Below, piece by piece: positions 24,141-37,900 of a stretch of DNA of 64,000 nucleotides. The number at the start of each line of letters is the position of its first letter. The first letter of the stretch is position 1. This DNA is from Octopus vulgaris (taxonomy: Eukaryota). Where the stretch lies: contig OX597814.1 of the NCBI GenBank assembly GCA_951406725.2, forward strand, positions 86,614,001-86,678,000. The letters are read 5' to 3'. The notes below the pieces were generated by a model. It was not told the DNA's origin. It saw only the letters and a program-made list of their open reading frames with translations, and did no database searches. The position numbers were made by a program, and so were the translations under genes.

Positions 24141-27100
24141 AGGTCCAGATTTGGCTGTATGATTAGAAATTTGCTTCTTAACCACATGGTTCCAGGTTCA
24201 GTCCCATTGTGTGGCACCTTGAGTCTTCTTTCACCTCAGGTTGACCAAAGCCTTGTGAGTAGATTTGGTAGATGGAAACTGAAAGAAGCCCAATGTGTGT
24301 ATATATATATATATATGTATATACAAAATAAGAAAATGGAGAAATACATCCAAATCAAATATTAATTACCAGATAATACCCAATCACATACTTTATTAAA
24401 CCACCACATAAGAAACTTTAAGGTCAAACATAATAATATAGAACAAAACAGTGTACATAAAGGAGTAATGTACCACAATCTAATGACAGAAACATTTAAA
24501 AGATAAAGATAACCACCACAATTGCACATACTGGGAACCTTAGAAGTTGCATATTAAGGAGGAGCATCATGTTAATTTATCAGGAATTACAGTATGGTGC
24601 AGCTTATTATCAAAAGGGCTAATTGAACCATTCTTTTTTTGTTGGTACTTTGATTTAGTAAAAACCTTAAATAATTACCCTTTCTACTATAGGCACAAGG
24701 TCTAAAATTTTTGGGTGGGGGCTAGTTGATTACATCAGCCTCAATGTTTCACTGGTACTCAATTTATCAACCCCAAAAGGATGAAAGACTAAGTTGACTC
24801 TAAATAATAACAAGTAAAGACAAGACCAGCCCAAACTTACCACCCACCTTCATTCTTTTGTGAAATAAAAGTTGATACACTTAATTACTAAGGTATTAAA
24901 TACTGGACTTTGTACCTTTTGTAAAAGACCTGTTGTCACCCATGCATACCAGTCTCCTCTCTCTCCATATCACTGATGTTGTTCAAGGGAAAGTCAAAAG
25001 TGCATGGTTCAGTGGTCAGAGTGTTGGGCTTGCAATTGTCAGGTTGCAAGTTTGATTCCTGGACTAGGCTGTGTGTTGAGAAAGACACTTTATTTTACAT
25101 TGCTTCAGTTCGCTCAGCTGTAGAAATGAATTGGAACGTCACTGGTGCCAAACCATACATACATACATATATAGCATCATCATTGTTTAATGTCTGTTTT
25201 CCATTCTGGCATGGGTTGGCTGGTTTGACATGGATGGAGCTGTCCAGACTCTAATTGTCTGTTGTGGCATGGCTTCTATGGCTGGATGCCCCTTCTAAGC
25301 CAACCACTTAACAGAATGTACTGGGTGCTTTTTACATGTCACTGGCACAAGTGTGTTTACGCAGCACTGATATGGGTGCTTTTATGAGGCACTGGTACCT
25401 GTATGTATGGAAGAAAGATATAATAGCCAATATAAATGTTGGTTGCTTGAGTCTTCAGTCACTCTTGACGTTCTATAGAAAGAGATGAGAGAGTGAAAGA
25501 ATGATAGTTACTGCAAGAGGTGCAGGATATGTGTACATACTAGGCTTGAAAACAGGTAATGAGTACCAACGAAAGAGAAAGAACCATAGAGATTCAGGAA
25601 AAAGATTAAATGACAGTAATTATGGAAGGAGTTATACAAAGAAGTCCACTTAATTTTATTTTATTTTAAAGTAATAAATATTTTCCTTTTGAAAATGTGT
25701 GTTCATTTCCTATAAGATGTCACTTAACAAGTTATGCACTAGTACCCACACACATACTTTTCTTGGACTATTGTTTTCCTTTTCTCCTGACCTTTCCTCT
25801 TTCTGATGAAGAGGCATGCTCAAAGCGTCACACCACCTCTTTTTTCCATCTTAAACTGAGCATCAACTTAATACATTCACTGTTTACATCCTTTTGTTGT
25901 CTGTATTTTCATATTTTATTTACCTGTGTATAAATGTGTGTGTGTGTGTGTGCGTGCATGCTTTTCTTTTATCTTTCACTTGTTATCGTCATTAGACTGC
26001 AGTCATGTTAGGACATTATCTCAAAGGGGTTTAGTGGAACAAAATCAACTTCACTAATTACTTTTTTAAAGCTTGATACTTATTCTATCGATTTTATTTT
26101 TGCCGAACCACTAAGTAACAGGAATGTAAACAAACCAACACTGGTTGTCAAGTGGCTGTAGGGTGACAAATACAAAAACACACATACAACCACCCACACA
26201 CACACACATATATATATATATGGAAAAAAAGTCAAGATAGAAAATGCTAAAATAATTTTATAAAAAACATTTCAGTACCGGTTTCAGTCATTGAGACTTT
26301 TTGAACTGTAAGTATGGAAAACAATTACATTTTGGAAAAATTAAAATAAGTTTTTTTTTAAAGAATATTTGCATAGTATTCAAATACAAGGGGCATTTTC
26401 CTTGTTTCTGTCTCTCTTGTAGGTTCGAGGTTATATGTAGACACACACACACATATATATAGGACGGGCGTCTTTCAGTATCGGTCAACTAAATCCACTC
26501 ACAATGCATTGGTCAGCTCGAGGCTATAATAGAAGACACTTACCTAAGGTGCCACGCATTGGGATTGAACCCCAAAACAGGTGGTTGGGAACCAAACTTT
26601 TTACTACACCATCACATGTATATAAATATGTGTAAATTGCCGCAGTCTAATAACTGAAACAAGTAAAAGATAATATATATCTGTATTATGTGTGTATGTG
26701 TTTTATATTGCAAATAGTACACACACATATCTCTCTTTTTCTGTGTGTGTGTGTATATTTGTATGAGATTCTAGGCCCTTGATTTATTCTAAATTCTGTC
26801 GATAAAAGTAGTAGTAGTAATGTATACATATCTGTTTACTATGTAATGTATCTATGATATATACATTATATGTATGTATATTTATACACACAATCACAAA
26901 TATACGTATATGTGTGTATACATATAACGTATTTATATATACACATGCAGCGGATATATATATATATAGTGTGTGTGTGTGTGTGTGTGTATTGTTCAGA
27001 AGTTATGTCGAAACTGCGTTAGTATTATTCGATGGCAGATCAAATCTGTGTATTTAGATTATTTACATTGTAAAATGAGTATCCTTCGATTGTTGTGTCA

Positions 27101-27278
27101 TGGGTCATACATTTCTATTGTTACTTATTGTAGATCATATGAACATTAAATTAGGTGGAATTATTGAAATGTTGTGGAAATATATTTAAATATATGAGTA
27201 TTTAGAAGCGCGTTCCTATAACCAACTAACTCTTAAGAGATCAGCTTTGAAAGTAAAATACGTACATACACACCTATT

Positions 27279-27314
<36 letters not shown>

Positions 27315-27539
27315 AATAAAGGAAACACATGGTAGATAGGCTAATAATAAACAACACATTCAGAAAAGTTGAACGTCATGCATTGAAATCGAGTCAAATG
27401 CTTTCAAAGGATAATATGATTTTATTCGGGAACAATTCTTGAAAAAAAAATCGACCGAACATAGAAATAGCGGTATCGAATGTTTAGTTTCTTATGGCTG
27501 AAAAACAGTCCTGCTCAACAAGCACGTAGAAGCAGCCAT

Positions 27540-28861
27540 GTGATTTTTACCAACGTGGTGAAGGCGGGGCATCCGCAAGCTCCATGGTGATGACGTCAAA
27601 ACAAGCTGCTATGATTGGACAATGAGGTTGCCGATTGTACACATCAGGGTAGTAGCATTGGTCGATCCGGTAAGAGTTGTCTATCATTGCTCCACGTGTT
27701 CGCAGCGTCATCGGTGTTCTGTCATGTTTTGATGTGCTGCCGCCATGATACATTGTCTCTCATAAGACCATATAACATTGCTAGACATGGAATAATACAG
27801 ATATACATCATAATCGAAGAAAATCTATACAAATTACATGAATACAAAAACATATACAGTCACGAAGGATACTCATTTTTGGCACTTGAGAGAGATATAT
27901 ATATACCCGAGAAGTGGGAGTGGGACGCACCTTACAGGCCACATGCTTATAGACTGGATTATACAAATCGTATTCATCTAGGAAAAAAAAAAGTGTCATG
28001 TTAATAGATGAATCGTGGAAATGAGAAATGAAAGGAAATACTAGACACTAATGTAAATTTAAAATCTCATGAAATAGTACGTCGGATGTTGAATACTTCC
28101 CACCCCATTTACGTTTGAACTGATGGTATGTCGTATCTTCTGAAATATGTCGTATGAATGAGCAAATCCTACATAGCTTCTTTAGTCGTATAAATGCAAT
28201 CGGTAGTTTACCGATCGACATAAAATGTGTTAAAATCAGGAGAATAAAAACAAAAAGAAAGTAAGTGAAAGAAAAAGGAAATCAGTGTGATTGTTTCACA
28301 CTTAGAAAGACAAAATCAGCCCATCCAACTTGTCCTGCTAGGAAGACCTAGCATTCTGTATTTTGTGTATTCTTTTCCATCTTTTCACGTGCTCCTTCTA
28401 CATGTGTTTTTCTTGTTGCAAATATATAGCGTCTGCATTCTGGAGTAAGCAGCAGAGGCCATAATAGATGCACATCGATAACCTAATGCATCAGTAGCCT
28501 TATTTCATTATAAAATCAGATCACAACGCGACGTGAGTTTATTGTCATTCCTATCATTACATTACCTTAGTCGATATTTGCCTTAAACAAGTCTTTTTAT
28601 GTTTATATCAGTGATTCGAACGTGAATATTGATTGCACAACTTACTCCGTCGGTAAAAAAAAAAAGAAAAAAAGACAAAGACAAAGCAAGTCGTGACGAG
28701 AAAAACACGTGACGGTGCACTCTCTTGACCGGAGAGGATTTACTAATTGCTGGGGAGGAGGGGAGAAGACATCTTGAGAAATCCAAGAGTCCTTTAAAAG
28801 TTTTTGGAAAGATCTGGAAACTACGGAGGCAAGCGAGAGTTGAGGAGAGAGACGGCAGGCT
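27540..28861 (+). promoter_or_regulatory. Probable MNT promoter/5'UTR region
   Basis: CpG-rich and repeat-free. GC box GGCGGGGC 27563, CRE TGACGTCA 27591-27598, ATTGG (CCAAT) at 27614 and 27657, CACGTG at 27693, 28386 and 28706; lies directly upstream of the MNT ATG. Confidence 0.65.
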
Positions 28862-28928
28862 ATGAGTCTGGAGACGTTGTTGGCGGCGGCGGATTATGTG
28901 GAATGGAAATCTCGTGCCAAAGCACGTG
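28862..28928 (+). CDS. MNT: MNT coding exon 1 (Sin3-interaction domain)
   Basis: ATG AGT CTG GAG ACG TTG TTG GCG GCG GCG GAT TAT GTG GAA TGG = MSLETLLAAADYVEW; donor G|GTGAGT at 28929; phase 1. Confidence 0.93.
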
Positions 28929-31900
28929 GTGAGTAGAAAAGCACATGGTCTCTTTGGCTTTGGTACCAGCAGACATCGACTTTTAACAACAATAGCAGCT
29001 GAGGCAGCAGCAACAACGGCTCCATCTTCTTAATAGCTGGTACATATTTCCCTTTCCCCTCTTTTCTTTTCCCTGATAACATATACAGCCGATGCACCAC
29101 TGCGCACCTGCTGTTGCCTTTGCTCAGCTTTGCAACTCCCCACAACTCTCGCATTAAGCCTGCTTTGATATTCAGGTCTTTGGCTACTGCTGGTACCAGT
29201 TCTTTTTTCTGTTGTGTATATATGTATATAAACCTTTCTGTGAGATTGATCTCACTGTCATGTTGCTAACTTGTTTGTGAAATACGAAGAACTAAACTCT
29301 TTAAGCAATAATCACAAAAGCTTTCCATTTATACACTAGTCACAAAAGCTATCGTCTGCCCCAAACCTTGTGATGAAACCCATTTCATGCTCACTTATTG
29401 TCAAAAGCTCATTCCTTTGTTGGATCTATCCATTTCTCACATAATCCCAATTTCAATATACACCGATGCATGTAAACCTGTTTGCACTTTCTTTCCATGT
29501 ACACAAATGTCTTATTTTCCTGTATATTAATGTTTATTCACATCCTGCTTTCGTATATTTTGCCTTACATTGCTATACTAATGAATAAAACTCAATAAAT
29601 CTACTGATCGCCTTAATTTTTTTAATATTGATATTTCTAACCAGTTTCTTGGTTGAACTGAATATTTAGTCAGACTAATAATCTCAATTCATATGATTTT
29701 CGTGCTATAAATATTTTCTCTATACAATTTCTGCAGATCCTGATTTCAACATCCCGTCGTTAGGTTAGAAATGTAACCTCAGTTAAAAATCGTGCTATTT
29801 GATCTGTACTAAAATTTACCACTTGACAGTCGATAATATATTAGTTAATGTTTCAAAGAAAACTATGAGTGATGTGGACAAAAATAAACTCTACTCGATA
29901 CTAAAGTTTGCATCGCCTATGTATTTCAAGATTTTTTTGGTAAATTTTCCTGGTTACATGCATGTGTTTGTATATGATATATGTGTATAATGTCTGCGCC
30001 CCTGTTTGCGTTTGTGAGCAGCTAATTATTATAATTTAAATTTTCTGTGCATTAATTGCCGATTTGTAGGAGGTGTTTTTGAAAGAGAGGCAACCGACTT
30101 ATTGCTTCCTGTTTGTTTATAAATCTATTAGTCTCACTCTGGCATGTGTCTTATGCCTCCTCATGGTGTTGGCACTATTTGCAGACGCACCTCTCTCTCC
30201 CTCCCTTCTCTAAAAAGCATAATCAGAAATCTAAAAATACTTTTAGTGGTTGTCCACAGGTAATTTTTTTTTTAATATATTAGAAACGCACATATATTTT
30301 CTGGATAAAATACCAAGTTATACTTGATTGTTAGCATTAAAATATATTTACTGTTGAAACTATCAACGTTGTTTGGTATTTTTGATAACTGTTTCGGTGC
30401 TTGGGTGGACAGAATATTAGTTTCAAATCATCCCATACCCCCTTTCAGAGAATGTATTGTCTATAAACAAGTCGTGAATAGGACACGATCCCTCAAACTT
30501 CGAATTACACTATTCATTGACACAAATGATGATCGTTATTAACCAGCTATGACACTTCCATAGTTTATGTCACTGTTATATTGTTTTGATTCATTAGCAC
30601 CTTATTTTGTGTGCATGTAGCCCACATTAATGAGTCTCAACAAATGGAATAAGATTTTGTTGATGTTTTGTTTAATTGTTCTAATAAAATTTACGTTGTA
30701 ATAATGCCTAGTGTTGTGTGTGTATATATGCGTGTGCGCAGGTGGAATTTCCTTTTCATGTTACATCATAAAGGAAGGGACAAAGTCTTAATATAAGACT
30801 GAAGGAAATGTCAGCTCGACCTTGTTTGTTTGGCATTGAAATCTTGACCTTTTAATAATTCCCTACATGAGTGATTATTTAAATTAGCTGCTTTGATACA
30901 CTGGAGAACTTGCTGAGAATGGTCTTGAAAATTCATGTGTATCAAATTAAGACTCCAAGGAAATAAACTTTTGAAATCTGGTAATCGAAATTTATGTCAC
31001 AAGAAATTTATTCTCACTTTCTTTGTCATACATTTTGCAGTCAAAGACTAACTCCGAAATCGATTTTAATCTCAGTTTACTCTTTTGCTCTCTGGCAACA
31101 GTCTGTTTATTAAACAAATGGGCAGGTAATATTGGGTACGTCAGCTTGGAGACAGTTTCAGTGTCTTGTAAGAATTCAATTTACTTTCAATGGCTATAGA
31201 ATATGTTCTCAATTTCAGTACTCAGTTATGACTACTTCAATTGTTAAACCATCAAAATCCTTGAGAAAGACATCAGTGTCACAAATTTCCGGGTTTTTTA
31301 AGGTGCTTTGACTCTGCAAGAAATCATTTATGGAATTCATCACAAACACACACAGTTTTAAATACTTGGCAAATGCTTCTTAAGAAGAGGTATAAAAGCC
31401 ACAATATTACATTTTTGACTCACATATACGAATTACAAATTCATATATGTATATATATATGAATTTGTAATTCGTATATGTGAAGTATATTATAAATATT
31501 ATTTATTTTCAAGTTTGTTGAAGTCAGATTTTAGGGGATCATATAATTTTATGATATAAGAATGTCAAAATCTGTAAAAGATGGCAGCATAACAAATCAT
31601 TTAAAGAAATAAACTTTATTTTTGTACTGACTATTTTTCTTGGTAGAATAGAATTTCCTAATTGTTTGTATTATTGGGCTTTAATCCTGGTTAAAGGATT
31701 GCTTATAGAAATATGATATTTTGAAAATGGTAGGCTGAATGGAGAAAAAGAAAGTGAAAAGAAACAATGAGGTGAAGATGAATGCTGTTTTATTATTTTT
31801 TTATATGGCTTAGAGGAGACAGGGCAGTGAATGACCATGACCTTTTGCAGTCTCCAAGACTTGATGGAGGAAAGGGAGAATAAACCACATCTTATGTGTT

Positions 31901-34900
31901 GCTGCAGTAGGAAGCAACACACAAGTATACTGAGTTATCCTTGGACTAGAGACCTAGTCTGAATATTTGCAACATAGTGGATCCCTCTAAAGGTACTCAG
32001 AGTCAAATGATTTAAATCCACTACCCAAGAACAGGTACAGTCTATGTGACAGATTTCTGTTTTCCACAGGATGTGTTCAGATTGTTGATTTTTAAAAAAA
32101 TACTAAAACAGTTTGATACAATGCCTCTGAAAAAATTTGCAAGACAGAATGAGATTACTTTGAGTTTTGTGGGATGGGTTGAACTATCAAAATTCAAGGG
32201 ATTGTACAGTCTTAAAGGTTTTTTTTTTTTGAAGGGGCTTATCAGATACATATGTGCCTCTCTGTGGCTTTCCAGTGATTGAATTCTGCACCCAGCTCTT
32301 ATAAGTGCTAACTATATTTGAAGAGTCTTATATTTATGATCTAGTATGTAGGATGCAGGGCATCTTACAATTCGTAGTAAACAAGCATGCAAAGAAACTA
32401 CCTAGCCATTCCTATCTCATAAATATATTGTATATAGCTCTTGAATGACTTTTAAAAGTTGGTGTTTAGTTCTGACGTCATGGTGTTAAATAGATGGAAG
32501 ATAAAATCTGGGTAATCCACTGTCTAAAATCATTAGGATGAAAATATATTCTGTTTGTCATAGTTTGTGTTTAGCCTTAGACCTTAAACAATATCCTTTC
32601 ATCTAATAAAATTCTTTACTATATTTTCCATATTGTTTCATTACTAACAACTTCTTAACCCATTGGGTTGCTAGTGAATCTTAAGTGGTTTCCTGTTACT
32701 TATCTTTGTGTTAAGTGATGCTCTGTCAGCTGATTAAAACTTGTCAGATATACAATGCTATAATCAACTTTTAGACTTGGTGAATTTAGGCATTCAGATT
32801 AAATTTTTTTTTATGTCTGTGCTGGTGATGGGGTATGAATGAACTCAATAATCTCATTGGCCAATGGCCTAGTATCCTAATAGTTTGGCCAGTTGTAGCT
32901 CTCAGTTATAACAAAAGGTGAACTTAAATGTTCAACAATTATATTTTCTGCTTGTAATGTCTCTTGTTCTTTTTTCTTTCTTTTTCTCTCTCTTCTGTGC
33001 AGGGGAAGATATCGATCAAGCTAAATTCAACTTTTATGAACAAATTCAAACTTCACCACCACCACCACCGCCACCACCACCACCACCTCCTCCACCATCA
33101 TCATCGTCATCTTCAGTTAGTTCACCACCACACATAGATAATGCTAACAAATCACCAGGTTCAGAAGATAAAGCTGACAAAAGACGTGCTGGCGGGTAAG
33201 TAAACAACATTGATTTTTTCATTTTTTACTGATCCTCTTCACCATTTCTTAAGTAAAGGTAAGATTTACAGTTGCTTTAACAGTGCTATCCTGCCATAAG
33301 ACTAAAATTCATGGGAAAATTGAATTGAATCATAATTGCAGCCATGACTATAGTAAAAAGTTTGCTTCCCAATCACATGGTTCTGGGTTCAGTGCCATTT
33401 CATAGCACCTTGGGCAAGTGTCTTCTGCTATAACCCCAGGCTGACCAAAGCTTTGTGGGTGGATGGAATCTACAAGAAACCTATTGTATATATATGTATG
33501 TATATAACTACATGGGTGTGTGTGTTTTTTTGTTTGTTCCCCACCACAGCTTTGATAACTACTATTGGTTTATGTCCTTGTAACTTAGTGGTTCAGCAAA
33601 AGACTAACAGAATAGGTACTGGCTTTAAAAAATAAGCACTGCAATCGATTTATTTGACTAAAACCTTTCAAGGTGGTGACTGCAATCCAATGACTGAAAC
33701 AAGTAAAAGATAAAAGATAACTATACAGAAGTAGTATCTTTACTACTGAGATTAAGCTTAACGGCATTTTTACTTAGTTACAAAGTATTAGTATTGATAA
33801 ATAGTTATATGGATGGTATCTTAGAAGAATAAAATGTCAATGAAGGTTAATTGAATAAAATCAGATGCTTAACCTGACATACACAGTGGAACTAAAAGAT
33901 TGTATTTAAGAAATGCCTTTGTTGATTGAATAGGATCCTTGACTAAGTCTGTTTATTTTATATTGTCATAAGTGCAGTTTCTTTGGGCAATAATACACTT
34001 TCTTTTAAAATTTATTTTGTTATGTTGGAATAAGTTAGACGTGTGTTGTCATTCAATATCTTTCCTGTAGTCTTGATCTTATATCACTGTCTCTAATCTA
34101 ACATTTTCATGCTTTGTCTAACAACTAACTTTCAAGTTTTGCTGGCCTAACTTTTAGGAAGCTGTTATTGTCAATCTTACCAGATTTCCCCCAGAATGTA
34201 TAATTTATTTGCAATCTGTTTGGTTAAAAACTAGGAAATGAAACGTGAGAGAGAGGATAGATTATGTTTAAGAGACTTTCACACACCCTCAACTTTTTCT
34301 CATTTATGAAATTATAAATAATTTGAAATACCTAAGGAATGAAAAGAAATATCTTTCAGGTTTAAGTGAACTTTTCTTCTACTCACTTCATTTTTTTTTA
34401 TTCTGTTGCTTTTCTGTTATGAAATTTGTCTTTGCTCAGTCCTAACACTGAATTTTGACTATCAGGAATTCTAAAAATATTTCTCTTATTTGTTATATGA
34501 TAACAAATACCACACCACTTAACATGCCACATGCACTTCCTGTATACTCTTCCATATCCATCTGTCTGTATATATGTATGTGTATGTATATGTATGCATT
34601 ATTCCAGTTTCATTTCTGCACAAGGCACAGAAGTTCCTGTGTGGTTAAGAAGGTTGCTTCTCAACCATGTGGTCTTGGGTTCAGTTCCACTGTTTGACAT
34701 TTTGGACAAGTGTCTTCTACTATAGCGCTGAGCTGATAAAATCCTTGTGAGTAGATTTGGCTGGCAGAAACTGAAAGAAGCACATTGTGTGTGTGTGTTT
34801 GTGTTTATTTCCCATCATCACTTGACAACCAGTGTTGGTTTGTTTATGTCCCTATAATTTACTGGCTTAGCAAAAGAGACCACTAGAATAAGTGTAAGGC

Positions 34901-37900
34901 TTAAAAATAATTACTTGGGTTGATTTGTCTGACAAAACCCTTCAAGATAGTTCCCCAACATGGCCACAAGTGAAAAATAAAAGATGGTGATAATTGGTTA
35001 TGAATCTGTACAACTTTTTAATGTCTTTTCTATCAACTACTCTTTCTGGCCAAGTCAATGTGCTGGAGATTGTCTATATATCCTACTGATTGCTTTACAT
35101 TTGACTAAATAAGAACTGAACCAGGTGTGTGCTTTGGGGCATATTCATTTGTATAAAAACTAAATTTGGAAGTTAAAAAAAAAAATGTGTATGACATTGA
35201 GGTAGATACAGGTGTCGTTGTGTGATTAAAAATTTACTTCTTCAGCCATATGGTTTCCAGTTCAGTCCCCATATTGTGGAACCTGGGTCAAGTAGGCTCA
35301 GGTTGATCAAAACCTTCTGAATGGATTTTGTTGACAGAAACTGAAAGAAGCCCGTATATATATATCACCATTTTCCATGTTGACATGGGTTGGACAGTTT
35401 GACTGGAGCTGGCAAGCCTGAGGACTGCACCAAGCTCTATTATCTGCTTTGGTATGGTTTCTAGAGTTGGATGTCCTTCCTAATGCCAACCACTTTACTA
35501 AATGTACTGGATGCTTTTCATGTGGCACCATCAAAGTCACCAAGTAATTTGCAAGACAAGATCCATTTGATTCAGTTGCCAACATGTTATAATCACTACC
35601 TCACAGATCTGTGGCCCTACTTTTCTGAATTACCTAGTGGAAAACTCTTAACCTAACCCATGCCTTTTCTTTTTGCCATCCACACTGAATCACCTCTTAG
35701 GTACGACACTGAACATTTTCCCATTCCTTCTCCCAAACCGCAACAGTCTATTCTCCCTCCTCACCCATGCTTTTCCTGCAAATATTGACATACAAATGTT
35801 CAAATTAAACAACAATTGCATCAATCTTATAAAACTTGGGGAGTCCTCAAAACACATAGATATACCCCTCCTCCTCTGAGTTTACCTGTTGCACTTAATT
35901 TGATCACATAGAGCAGTTGTGATAATCAGTTTACATAACACTCAACCCAAAGTTTTAGTTCAAGAGTTTTCTCTTTTAAGTTTCTTTCCTTGACACTCAA
36001 ACTCATTAAACAGGTATAATTTTTTTGTCATTTTTACAGCAATTAGGAACCTTGAGAGTGTTAACATCGAGTGAATTATTATTAATAAAGTTAATTTCAA
36101 ATGTATTTCATTTTATAGCTCTCTAATTTGATATGTATTCATTAAAGCAAGATACCTCTGGCTTTGCAACTGTGCAACAGGCTCTACTCATGAACAGCAT
36201 CTAATTTGATACAGGCTATATCTGTCTACATATCTGTTTTTCATTTATTTCCATGAGAAAAAAATTGTTGGTTTTCATTTCAAAATATTTGTTTTCCTTT
36301 TTCAATTTTTTATAGGATTTAAAAAAGATTTGTATCACTATATGCTTTGAAAATTTTTTAATGTGTTGGAAAATTATTTTCATTAATAAAAAGAGAATGT
36401 TTGATTTGTTATAAAATTAACTTTCATTTGTAAATTTTAAAATTCAAATGTTTTCCATTGAAAGATGGCAGCAGTAAGATTGTGTTGATATGACTGTCTT
36501 TATAATCTGTTCACTCTTATCTATTGGTTTAGTTTATTGATTGCTGAGGTCCTCTTAAAAATATATTGGTTTGGAGTATAAAAGGAATTAGTATATTTGT
36601 TGGTGGCTCAAACTCTTGATGGTCTTATTCTTAATTATTCTGTAGATAAAGAAATGATGAATTTTCTTGTGGCTTAGCTATTGTTTGATTAGAGGGATTA
36701 TCCCAATTTTTGTTCATTGGCTATTCAGGTTACTATCATGCAGCTGCTGCTGTCTTTGGAAGGAGTGGAGATGTCTTTATAGTTACCTTTGTCAATTCAC
36801 TGAACAAGCTTAGATTATAAAATCATATCTGATTCTTTATACTTTGAGGAAGTTATAGTTTTTGTGTTGTTTGTAGTAGTTTGAAAGTTCATATTTCATT
36901 TGCATATTAGAGTGTATTGAGTATATGAGCTAAAACATTAATAAGCATGTCAAAATTCACACTTGTTAATAGCAAGTTTAAAACATGACTCTGGTTTAAC
37001 TCATTAGCATTTAAACTTGCCAAATCCAATCTAAATATTCTACTTGTTTTATGTTCAAACTGATCAGATCCAGCATATCACACCTATCCTACAATGTCAT
37101 TCTAAAAATATACAATCACATCATTGAAATCTTGAAGTGATGAGATAATGCATGAATAATTGAAATCAATGTGAATAAATAAGCATTACGTTTGACTGAG
37201 AAATATTAATACTAAAGGGTTAAATCCTATTTAGATCAACTTAATTTTCCACTAACCTGGAATTTATTCCATAAGTTTATTTTTGTGTCTGTTTTTCCAA
37301 GCTTGCATGGGTTAGGTAAATTTGTTATTGGGGCAGTATTTTGCAATGAAATGCCTTTCTAGTCATTAAAACTGTACCTGCTTTTTCAAGTAACTAACCT
37401 TATTTCATGTGGCTTTGAAGGTTTGAAAAGAACAATTAGTTGACAAGAGAACTGACAACGACACTGCTTGTGCATTACAAATTTCCACTGAAGCAGGCAA
37501 GCTGTAAACAGACACAGAAGACACACACACTTGCACACACTCATACATACAATGATCTTCTTTCAGTTTCCATCTGCTAAATTCACTCGCAAGGCTTTGG
37601 TCAGCTTTGGGCTATAGTAGAAGACACCCAAGGTGTTACATGGTGTGACTAAACCCCAAATCATATGGCTGGGAAGTAAAATAAACCACATGGCCATGCC
37701 TTTGTTAAAATAAAACTGAATCAACCAAAATGGGTGTTGTTGTTAGTGTTTCACCCTAGGTCAGCCTTGATTGAGTAGACCTATGATCAAAGGTATTCCA
37801 GTTGTGGCCATCTCATCTTTTTCCTATATACAGGGAACCCAAGACAACATCTGACAGGCCTTTTTTAAAAGATGGCAGGATGTTATCTGCAGTATATTTC

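Noticed and set aside
27615-28004. 129-aa ORF upstream of MNT
   Set aside because: No recognisable domain or splice support; lies in the promoter-like region
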